64,000 nt of DNA from Ascidiella aspersa (Eukaryota). The stretch lies in contig OZ004608.1 in the NCBI GenBank assembly GCA_963924565.1, positions 34,472,001 to 34,536,000 on the forward strand, in the 5' to 3' direction. The position numbers and the translations under genes were made by a program. The number at the start of each line of letters is the position of its first letter. The first letter of the stretch is position 1. The notes below the pieces were generated by a model that saw only the letters and a list, made by a program, of their open reading frames with translations, made no database searches and had not been told where the DNA came from. Below, in pieces: positions 34,630-46,001 of this stretch.

Positions 34630-36286
34630 AGCCCAGGGGTTGTTTTTCTACCGCGTACCCCTAAAAATTTGTACTGATTCGCGTGGACCACGTTAGGCAA
34701 GACGTTTTTTTGAATGACGTCATAAACTTACGTCACTATCAAATATACTTCAGAAATATGCTGATATATTCATAAATTTAGTTTAAGAAACCCTTGATTA
34801 GCCTAACCAACTTATTGACTCCCAGTACGCCAAACTATAAATAAAGTAATCCCAGTAGTAGCACAGCGCCTGGCCACAACTGTCACCAATGTGAAAGCAA
34901 GCTAAAGCGAATTAGAGCAATATGCACAAGATAGAATGATAAGAGTTACGTTTATTGGATAATATTGAACAAGATATACTGACGATGCCTTGCCGGCGAA
35001 ATAAATGTATATCTTAGTAAACAACTGAAGTTTCTGACCTTATTACTGGATTGCTAGAATATTTTGCAGTGACTTATGATAAGTTAAGGCCGACATTTGT
35101 TTTGCAAGGGTCAAGGTGATTTTAAATATCACACATTCAGCACAACATCGAAATTAAAGGTTGTATTTTTATTGTATCTCGCTCAGTTGATCTGCTAGAG
35201 TTTTGATACGTAAGTATTTACTCGAAACGATTTTTTGATGATAAAATTATGTTGACATAAATTTAATAAATTCGGATTGTACGACCTGAATAGAGCCAAC
35301 ATTTTTATTTGACTTACGACACTGGTTTTATCCATTGTGAGCGAATAGAGAGCAAAGTCACGCTTCAATGGACGTAACTATGCCTGATTCTTTCTTTGCG
35401 ACATGCACGAATGACTGTAGCGAGAAAAATAGGCTTAAACACTTCGGACTGAGGGAAGTTGTTATTACAGCAGAGACGCAGCGGGCAGTGTAGTACCTTT
35501 GTGCTGCTAAGTTTGTAAAACTTAAAAATAATGCTAAAAAGTTAGAAAGGTTTGCGTTTATCTTACATTTGGCTTTGTAAGATAAAAGTTTGAAACCCTT
35601 TCTAACAATTTTTAATGAGCTTTGTAGTTGTATTGTTGTTTTAGTCACATTTGTTCGATGTAATAATAGGCCTTTATCGAATTAGAAATAAGTAAATCTT
35701 TTTTTGACAGGATATTTTCAATTGGTGTGGCGCAGTTTTATCTTGTTTTAGTTATGTATTCTCCGTATTTTCAGCGACATTATTTTGCAAAAAATGACTA
35801 AATTAAAAAAAGGGGACCTTGGTCTTCATTCATATCACATTTTCGTCCGGGGGTTTATATTGCTAACATTATTTGGATTATGGTGCCAGTTAGCCTTTAG
35901 ATTCGGGTGGGTCAAGCAATATTAATATATTTATTAATAATACTCCCGTATTTAGTTATTTCTAATTTCAATTTTGACAACTCGTTTTTTTACAGTGTAA
36001 AAAAATTGTAGGATTCTAGATCATCGCCAAAAAAAGGCATTAACGCTTTTGCTTTTCAGATGAAAGTACAAAGTGATACCAGTGGTTTTGCAAGTGCAGA
36101 AAAAAGCAGTCACTCTTATTCAGCAGTCACGTATATGTTTAAACTTTAGCATGATCGTTTGTCAATCAAAATATCTTTCGTGTCTGACTTGACGCAATAA
36201 CGTCACAGGAAGTGTCAGAACTTAAAAGCAAGATCGCTTTATTGAGCAACAAATATGTGACGCAGTTGCGTAGGAAATGACCAAAC

Positions 36287-36383
36287 AAACGGTTGTTGTA
36301 GAGTCTACGCAGTTAAGCCTGTACTGTGTGCTTCTGCCATACGCAGTACAGGCTTAACTGCGTAGACTCTACAACAACCGTTT
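36287..36383. repeat. Perfect 40-bp inverted repeat with a 17-nt spacer
   Basis: 36287-36326 is the exact reverse complement of 36344-36383. Confidence 0.95.
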
Positions 36384-39300
36384 TACTTACAAAATTCCCT
36401 TCAATTTTTGGACGTCAGAGTATTACGACATGGAAAAGTTTTAGCCAGAATTTGACCGGTCTATAACTTACAAGCAGCAGAGTTGAGGCGAAAGCCAGAT
36501 ATCGTTGTATTTGTCAGTAATTGAAAATAAAATTCGACAACTATACAAAAATACAGTAGAAGTTAACGTAAAATAAATATTTCGAGTATAATGCCAGGAT
36601 GCTATGGTTAGACGTATAATGAGCATCATAGCGCATACAGAAGTAGATAGCGTTTCTTGAACGTTTTTATAAGAATCCTATGTAACTTTCACGAATACCT
36701 ACCTACTTCTGTAAGTGGTTTTATACTTATTGTGTGTCTTAAAGATGGTTAACTCTATTTGAATTGAGTCATTGTATATTCAAAAGGTTTCGTGGTAACT
36801 TTATTGTTGATTCGCACTGTATACCCTTTGGGTATGACGTCAGTTATTACGTCATGGTAAATTAACCCAGTAAGGTCAAGACAAAAAAGAAGCATAGCTA
36901 AATACCTTTTAAAATGTAGCTGGAAGTACAACTATGTTTTTCACATGCTTAAGGTGTAAGCTGCGGTCACTTATAATACTTCAACAGTCGCCAAAGGCAA
37001 ATCGTAAAAACAACTGGGCTTGTTTGGTAATGGCTTCGGTATAATTTACGTTTTTTTTTTATTTTTATCTAAGTGATTAACTAACTTGGTATTTAGCTAT
37101 TCCTCTTTAAGGAACGGTTGGAGAAATTTGCAAAACCGTTTCGGTTCTTAAAAACACTTTAAAAACTGAAAATTAATGTTTGAAAAACGTTTCTACCCTA
37201 TTGATTTTGTTTTCATTAGACTTTCGTTACAGTGTTATTGTTGTTTTTCACCATGGTAACAATCATTTAATATCAGTTAAAACACGTTTCACTTTAAACA
37301 TGTAATAGGTTAGAGAGCACGCTGTTTTGCAACGTCATAAATGCCAAATGCCTGTTGTAAAATGTGGTGAACGTTGATTGATTTTACAATTCTCTGGAAA
37401 ACGTCAACTGTGATCAAACAGTTACCCAAAATATCTGCGTACAGTGTACACTGTAAAGCTCTAGCCTTAACCACAAAATAACCTCGCAGTCGGTGTCAGT
37501 CGGATATGTTCGTTGTAGCATTAATCACAATCACGTGATGGAACCTAAATCAGTCACGCGTCGACGTCATAAACGTTTGGGCGTTCATCAAGGCTCGCTT
37601 GCTAACCAAGGTAACCGGAGACAATAAGCAGCTTTTTTTTTTTGAGTTGTAAAGATTCGTTGTGTTTGGACAATGCACTCCCTCGAATGAACGTTCTATT
37701 GCTCAGTGTTTTTCTGGACAGCATTTCTCGTTGAGGCAGTCAATTCAGTATGCTTTTTAGAGTTTAGACAAAATTTGCAACTTGTGAATACAGAAATATA
37801 GCTTGAATTACTGGCGCTCTTTCACTTTTGTACGTAAAAATTAATAAAAAATTTTTTTTCTTAAAATGCCGCTTACCACAACACATATTGTTTGGGTTAG
37901 GGTGCGGGTTAGCATTTGGTTGAGGGTGGGTCAAGTTATTATTATTAATAAACATAATATTACTTGACCCAAGTAATAAAAAAAAATTTTTTCTTTTGAC
38001 TAATTTTGTGCGTTGGTGTATAATGTTTACGTTTTGTGATGGCAGTAGCAACGGATATATTATGTTTATTCTACGTAGCTGCTGAACTGTCAGTTGTTTT
38101 AGGGCTGTGCCTTTTCATAGTATGGTTTACTTTAGAAAAATGCTTGATGGCTTACAAGTTCATTTGAAACAGGGTTACTTTGAATTTCTTGTAAAACAGT
38201 GTTTCTCATCGTTTTAGCTGCGATATTAATACTAAGCGTAACTATAAGAGCGAAACTTTTGCGACCTAATTCCGTTCGCATAACTTTTGTAAGCTGAAAG
38301 TGAACGAAATACAAATACGACAAGAGCATTAATGAATTCGAATTTAATGAAGATAAGCCATCTCTTTGTATTGCTTAATCATTATGCTGCTGTGCGTAGG
38401 GTAACGCCTTAATTTGCAGTTTATGAATTAAGTGCACGTTTAGTGAGTCATAGAGATAACGTTTAAATCGTTTACCGCTTACGCTTATTAGTTTTAGAAA
38501 GCCTCAAAAGTTTAAGTAACGTCATAAATTAGCGTCGCAAAATAAGTAGACTTAAAAAACCTCTGTTTTCAGGCGAACCCATGAGAAAAAAAAATAAAAT
38601 CGTATCTACATAAACAGAAGACGCAAAAGCCTTCTGTTTTCTTGTGAAAAATTCCTTTAATTCGTTTAAAAATTACAGAAATATTTCAACTATGCCTCCA
38701 TGGACCCCTTAAAATAATTAACGTACCACCAAAGGGCCCAAGGACCACAGTGAGCCCCTGATCTAAAGTCAATTGTCTTAAGACGTTTACTTTTCAGCAA
38801 ACTCATTTATATTGGCATGTTTTAATAGCGACATAGTGCCAAAAGCATCTTTCCAAATGCTGGCTGTTTAAATTCTAAGACTGAGGCATAATATTTTTGT
38901 CGCACAATGGTTATATTAAGTGAGCGAGTTTTCTTATCATATTCCACCTAAATACTTATGTATAATGTATGAGCTGTATAGGCAGTGCATGAAAAGGGTA
39001 CAAATGAGATGGTGTATAACAGTCCTGAATAAAGTGAAACCTTTATGCAGAACAAAACAGTCAAGTGTTTCGCAATCGGGTTACCATAACACTTGTGACG
39101 TCATTGTGCTCGTTTTAACATCATAACGACTGTGAGTACGGAGAAAAGTTACCGCACTTATGTGACGTGATAAGAAGGACTTTTAAAGGATCATCTCTAC
39201 AGACCCAAAATGTATTTACTTTATTGAGGTCGTTTACCTGAAACCTGTAGCGCTGTTTTTGGTACGTTATTAGCTTAATGTATTTCAACTTTAACTTCGA

Positions 39301-39871
39301 CAGCTAAAGGCTTGTAAATTATTAACACACACCTATTCATATCGCTTATTGTGGAAAGGCTACTTTGTTTGTATTGCAAACTGCGTCAATGATGTTTTTG
39401 CCCCGTCAATATTTTTCAGCACGCAAATGCGTAACAATGGTGCTTGGATCACAGAGACTAAAACGCGTAGAAGTACAAAGAAATGATATCTTATAACTCT
39501 TTGAATTTATGATCGTTACGAAGTGGCTTATTGCAGTGCTTCGTAAACATTTTTAGTTTCGTTCACCCCTATGATATGATAAAACTATCTCGTATATATA
39601 TATATATATATATAACAACACAAAATGTCTTATTTTACCCGCGTAATGCAATACTTTCTGTATTATGTTTCTAGAATGCTTAAGTCCATTTTGTAAATTG
39701 GTGTTAGCCCAAAGGCGTGGTGCGTCTCATCGCACTGTCGAAAATGAAAGTTTTGGCAAGGTTTTTGCTTTGCGCGATTTGATTTTTTATAGTGTACAAA
39801 GTAACATTTTGTTTGTATTTTGGTGGCAGATACTTAGAAAACAAGAACAAGTTAAACTAAAAAGTAAAACA

Positions 39872-41446
39872 ATGTCAAAACCGCCGCCACCCCCCGCCTA
39901 CGAACAGCAGCAGCCTGCAGTCCAGTACAGTAGCCAGGCTCAGTACAGCACCCAGGCTGACTTTGGAATGCAAGGGGCCAACAACCCCCCTCCCCCTCCC
40001 CCCGTAACAGGGGGTTATGTTGGTGGCGGTTACGTGCAGCCTGGACCTTACGTGCAACAGCAGCCAGGTGGTGGAGTAGTTGTGGTTCAGCAGCCGATCA
40101 AGCTTCATAGCAGGTTGGTTATATCTACCTTTATAGTATGGTTGGTTATATAGGCCTTTATAGCAGGGTTCATGGCAGGTTGGTTCTAATTTAACAGCAA
40201 TTGGACTTTTATAGATTGTGTTAAAAACGCGGCGCAACATGCTATAATACAGTTCTCCTTAAACTGTTTTAGTTTTGTTCACCCCTAGCATCTATCTCCA
40301 GATTTCATTCACCCTTGACTCATGATATGATAAAACTATCTCGTCTATATATAACAGCACAAAATGACTTAGGTAGTTTCGCAAGCTATCATCGATTTCT
40401 GAAGGTTTACCCTTATTCACCCCTTTTGGTTGGTTCACCCCTGCAAAAATTGTATTCACCTGATTAAGAAACACTGCTATAATATACATAGCGCCTTGAT
40501 AAGAACGGATTTACTTTAACGGACTAAAACACTAAAGAAAGATAGCGCGAAGCGCGAAAAAAATGTATTTTTATAATAGAATTGACGAAAATACATTTTA
40601 GACCTGTTTCAAAGTTCTGATTTGCGAATTAGTTCGACACAGGTTCGTATGAACGTACTGCCGCCAACACTTATTTCCTAAAAGAGCACGAGGTATTTTC
40701 GTAAACAGCACATGCAGTCGTGCTCGACCTCTAAAGTTTTAGTAAACGGCCGCAGGTTATGCGCCTTTGCCTTTATGGAACAGTAATGTAAAACTGTATA
40801 GGGGATATGGGACGGTTGGGGATTGGGGAACACCTGTATGGCATCGGTCCCTTTGCTATCGACTTTTGGCATCTTATGTTTGCACCCTGTTTTGACAACA
40901 GACTGTTTGTCCTTGTTTGGGGTAAGGGGCGGGTAATGGGTGGGGTTGGGTTAGGGTTAGAACTATTAGAGAAGTTAGTGATTGAGTTAGGGGTTGTGCT
41001 CGGGGTTAGGTAAAATGTTGTATTGGTCTTATTATGGCCTGCTAGTTTTGTTATTCTTATTCCGATGGGTTTGGAACTTATCCTGATTTAGACGTTATTA
41101 CGACTATTAGGTATTAGTCCGTTTTTGGTATTAACCTGAACTGTGTTTTCTCCCGACGTTTTTGTTGTTTTCATTTCGCTCTTATGACAGCGTCCATCTC
41201 ATCACATCTTGTTTTCTTACCACCAGGCATCCGGCTGTGGTCACGTGTCAGCACTGTCACCAGACCGTGACGACGTCCACACGTTCTGAGATCGGCACAG
41301 TCACATGGTTGGCTTGTGGAGCCATGATCGTATTTGGGCTCTGGTTAGGGTGCTGCCTTATTCCCTTCTGTATTCCTGATCTTCAAAACACCTTCCACGA
41401 ATGCCCTAATTGTCATAAGACCATCGACGTCTACAAGCCCATGTAG
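39872..41446 (+). CDS. LITAF: LITAF-domain protein (LITAF/CDIP1 family) paralog 1; exons 39872-40113 and 41227-41446; 153 aa
   Basis: MSKPPPPPAYEQQQ... Pro/Gln-rich N-terminus; AG|gttgg...caccag|G junction in ..LHSR/HP..; CQHC - hydrophobic LWLGCCLIPFC - HECPNC zinc-binding LITAF signature. Confidence 0.92.
40250..40476. mobile_element. hAT-like MITE (ttcacccc subterminal repeats) in the LITAF-1 intron
   Basis: Homologous to 45586-46001 and ~39535-39630; ends in ttaagaaacactg. Confidence 0.65.
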
Positions 41447-42229
41447 AAGTTCTACTATCGACGCGATGTACTGTACAGTATTGGATAATGTTTAACATGC
41501 AGCAGTGCTTTTAGAACTTTTAAAACTGGTGTAGAACGTAGTGTTTATACCCAAAAAAACGTATTAACTTTTCTTTTTCTTTGTTTTTTATAGCCTTCGA
41601 ATGCAAACTATTATGTCATCCCTCCGGGTTTTTTTTATTGCGTTTGGTGAAATTGAAATCCATTAATTGCTTTTTTTATGGGAAATATTACTGACTAGTT
41701 TTAAAAAGTAATTGCTTAAATCGTTTTCTGACAACTTTTGAGGTATCGCAGACTCCGCCTTTTTATCGCAAATGGTGTAGTTTGACGATTTAGTAAGCAG
41801 TTTTAACAATGTTAAAAAGAAAAAAAATGAAACTTTTTAGTTTTTAAATTCTTGCACTTACTATGTAACACCCAATCAGGTCGTAATTTGTTAGGTTTGA
41901 AAACGGGCTTTTGAAAAATGATTTATTTCGAATATTTAACAACCGTTGGTTATTTTTTTCAACTCAAAACTTGCTTTAGTCGAATTTATCAGACTGATAT
42001 ATTTTAATTTTAACGTTTTTTTAGCCTAGCAACAAGTTATACCGCTCAGTATTGCATATTAGTAAAAATTCAAAAGTATTTAGTAATTACGTATATAATT
42101 TTCCTCAATGAGCAGGTAAAAACGCTAACCTTGTAAATACGTAGCAATAATTACTACAGTCGATCTCAATTTATGTCTATCCAAATCTGAAACTGTTGCA
42201 GCACTTATTTGGTTAACTAGCGGTTAGAT

Positions 42230-42536
42230 CAGGGGTTCTTGAACTTTTTTCACCACGGACCCCTAAAATTATTTTTTGCTTTGCGTGGACCCCTGTAGGC
42301 AAGAAATTATTAAAAATGATCTCGTCACAATCAAATAGCTTGTCAGAAAAATGCTGATGGTTGAAGTAAGAAGGAGCCTAACATTCAGTGTTAAAACGTT
42401 TTATTTTTAATTAAAATTTTTTTAATTTGATTACTTTTTAAACGTACTCTACTATTTCAATTTGGCCTTCATGGACCCCCTGAAATTAGTTCACGGACCC
42501 CCAAGGGTTCCATGGACCCCAGTTTAAGAACCCCTG
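42230..42536. mobile_element. hAT/Charlie-like MITE (ggacccc subterminal repeats)
   Basis: TIRs caggggttcttgaact / agtttaagaacccctg; degenerate TSD; relatives at ~34634-34797, ~38570-38760 and ~63735. Confidence 0.75.
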
Positions 42537-45500
42537 GATTAAAGTCTCGTATCGGTTTTAAATTTTTTAACATTATTGTATGTGGGTTGTTGTAGCTATA
42601 CTTTTGTATTAAACTTTAAACGTTGTTCTATATATTTCGTATTCATTTTAATTGCACTAACAACTGTTTTCCATTCAATTTTAGTATGTTGCAACAAATA
42701 TGTGTATCGTCGATTAATAGTGTGCCTGAAATTGATTTTTTTAACAACAACAATTGTTCCATTTTGTACCTGTTTCTAAACTACAACTGATTTATTTTAA
42801 TTAGTCTGTCAGTGTCCTATTGTCGTATGAAGGAGATTTGATAAAAATCCCTGAAACAATTTTAAACTAATAAATAATGCTGATAAACAACGTTAATGTC
42901 GCACTAATGTCTAATCTAATCTATTGCGAAAATACAATGTATTATGTTTTGACCTCTATAGTTGAAATTTATACACACTTCGTATTATTCGAGTTATGCA
43001 TTCTAATAAAAACTTATACCTGTGGACTGACCATCGGACAGATTATGTTTTGACAGTTTTATTTTGATAAGGAATAATATTAAAAAAATGTAGCAGTACC
43101 ACGACAGTGAAAGTAGAAAGAATATTTGTACAAAACTTTTTGCAAGGCAAACTATTTAAAATGGATATAAGAGTTAGAGAATGACAGTAAATTTAAATAT
43201 TCGCTCATTTATTTTACAAAGGAATTACAATATTGCTTCGCCGATATAAAAGCGTTTTTCGTTTTGCGCGATGTAGCTTTGGTGTTGACCACTACAACCT
43301 AAAACTCTTACCAAACAAAACAATTGTGTGGTGTTCTTAAAAAAGGTTGTTTCTTTATGAAGGCACGTTTTGACGTACTTTATCAAGCCCGAAAAAAATC
43401 ATGCCACCAAAACAAAAATCCTGGATTCGCGCCTAGATAGTTGGGAATAGTCAAACAGTTGAATAATAGCCACTGTTTGTTTTGTTGGTAGGCGGATATA
43501 ATAAGATTGATTTCCAAAGCCAACGAAACGGTCACAGGACGGTTGCCATACCTTCGGTAATTCTATGCCAATGTTTACCCTATTGCCAGAAACTTAAGTT
43601 GGCCCGTTGGTTTTGCTGTTGATGTTCAGAAAAGAACTGAAGAAATAAAATGGCTAAAAATATCCGGGATTGAATTTGGTGAGAGCAAGGTTAAAAATAC
43701 AACAATGTTTTAAATAGAAAAGGCAAAATTCCAATGTTTTATTGTATGTGCAAAATACAACCAGTGTCGTAATGACTTGTCGTATATGCACTGAAGTAAC
43801 TGCTTGTTTTTGTTCTTTTTTTTATTTGCATTTTACGCAAATGACTGACTCTTTTTTAAGATTCTTTAATTGAATACCATTTGGTAATTTTGATTAAAAA
43901 GTCCATTAAATGTAATGAATTTTAATTCGTAATTGGTTTCGGTTTTTGGTGTCTGCTATTCGAAATATTGCTCAGAAGTGATGGTTGTTACCAATTTCAT
44001 AAGTTTGAAATTTATTTTTTATGCCAATAAGGTAACCTGGATTTTTTCTAGCTTTACAAATAACTAGGACCTGACTTGCTATTTGGTAAAAAATGACTTA
44101 ACTTAAATTTGCGCAATTAGAAAATGACGTTACTGTGACTAAAGTCATTTAATATAGACTTGTTTACAACACTACATATACATCATATTTGAGAAGTTTA
44201 AAAAACGAAAAAACACTAGTCAACAGTATAAAGAGAAAGCCAATCAAACAAGATAAATCATTTGTCGTCATCTGCAGTTTCGCTCCTAATAATCGTAAAA
44301 AGGACCGAGTAAAAATATTCCGATCGCTTTACGGAAAAATACAGAACTTTTACAACTTAACAGCATTGTGACGTCATTCTTTGTTGTTGACTTTTCAGAG
44401 ATCCCAACAGCAGAGAGTTTAGTGTTGTGCTGAGAAAAATAACAAATGGGTGACGTTTCGAGCCACTCGAATTACCGATGTTGAAAGCAGCGATATGAAC
44501 TATGTTTTGTGCTCACATCAACAACAAAAAAATACAAAAATGTGTTTAAAGTTTAACTCTTGTTTTTTCGTCTTAATTTAACCTAATGTTTTCTTTAAAT
44601 ATTTCCATCAAAATCGAAACAAACAAAAAACTAAAATAATGGATAGGCCTACTTAGTTTTAACTAAACTTCGTTAAATACTAACTATTTCTTCGCATTGA
44701 ACTATGTCAGTGGTTTTCAAAGATATTCAACTCTGAAGCATATTTAGCGAACATACCACAGCAGTTCAAGAGAAATACCGGTATACTTAAAAAAATTCTT
44801 CGCTACTCCACGTTTAAAATGTCTCTAGGTTCGCCCTGAAGTAAAAAGGTTTAAGAAACGCTGCTCCAACTAAACAATATTTCGATGTTATATGGCTTGG
44901 TTTAAATCATTAGCATTGAGCTTCATTTTTTATTTTTTGTGCATTTATAATAAAGAGCACCTTAAGCTTTCACAAATATTTGTTAAATTAACCAATAACA
45001 TAATAAGTGATAAAAAGAAGAAATATTGAATGTATTCCAAGGTTAATTATAATGTTGTACATTAAATTTACAATTGAAGCTCGTCCTCAAAGCTGGAATT
45101 ACATTTTCTACACCATAAGCACGTAACCTGAAACGCACAGAATTATTTTCGAAGCAAAGTGGAAAGCTAAAAACACTGAAGTGAATAACTCAGTAGCGCC
45201 ACTAGTGTAAAACAAAATACATGAGAATAAATTAAAGTCTAACTCAAGTTTTTTCTCGATCAGTAGCATGTTTATCTAAATTAAGTTAACTTAAATAAAT
45301 ATTATCATTATAAACCTGTTTTATTTACAGAAACACTCAATAGACAAATATACTTTTCTTTCACTATTTCTGCAAAACCTTTCTTTGTGATAGGACATAT
45401 TTCACGATGACTGCGGAAAAGCACAAAATTGGTGATCTTGTTACTGAAAAAGTAAATATCTCATGTCATGTCTTTTACCGACATCCTGCATATAAAAACT

Positions 45501-45585
45501 AAAAGAAATATCCAAACGGAGTTGGTTACTAAACTTTTAAAACATTGGTCATTTGCCCACCAGTTTATTAACTGATACTTATATC

Positions 45586-46001
45586 AGTGTTTAAACTTTT
45601 TTAGTTTCGTTCACCCCTAGCATCCATCTCCAGATTTATTCACTCTTGTCTAATGATGTGATAAAACTATCTCGTCTATATATAACAGCACAAATGACTT
45701 AGGTTGTTTCGATTTTTGTTAAGATCAACTCAAGCCAAGTTTTACCATTAAAATTCTACAATTTTTCGCGTCCAGAAATGTGAAGCTATAAAAGCAAAAA
45801 ACACAGTCACCAACTTTTTGTACTTAAACAATCAGTGCAAACCAACTTCACTATTACAATAAGCAAAAAAACACCAGTTCAGTAGTCGATTTACTGCAGA
45901 GATATCATACAATTCTGACGGTTCACCCCTTTTGATTGGTTCACCCCTGCAAAACTTTCGTTCACCCTGGGGTGAACCATTCACCAGTTTAAGAAACACT
46001 G
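45586..46001. mobile_element. hAT-like MITE
   Basis: cagtgtttaaact / agtttaagaaacactg ends; ttcacccc repeats. Confidence 0.7.

Noticed and set aside
40920-41012. Interstitial telomere
   Set aside because: Only a few degenerate TTAGGG-like units, best explained as part of a G-rich transposon remnant in the LITAF-1 intron.
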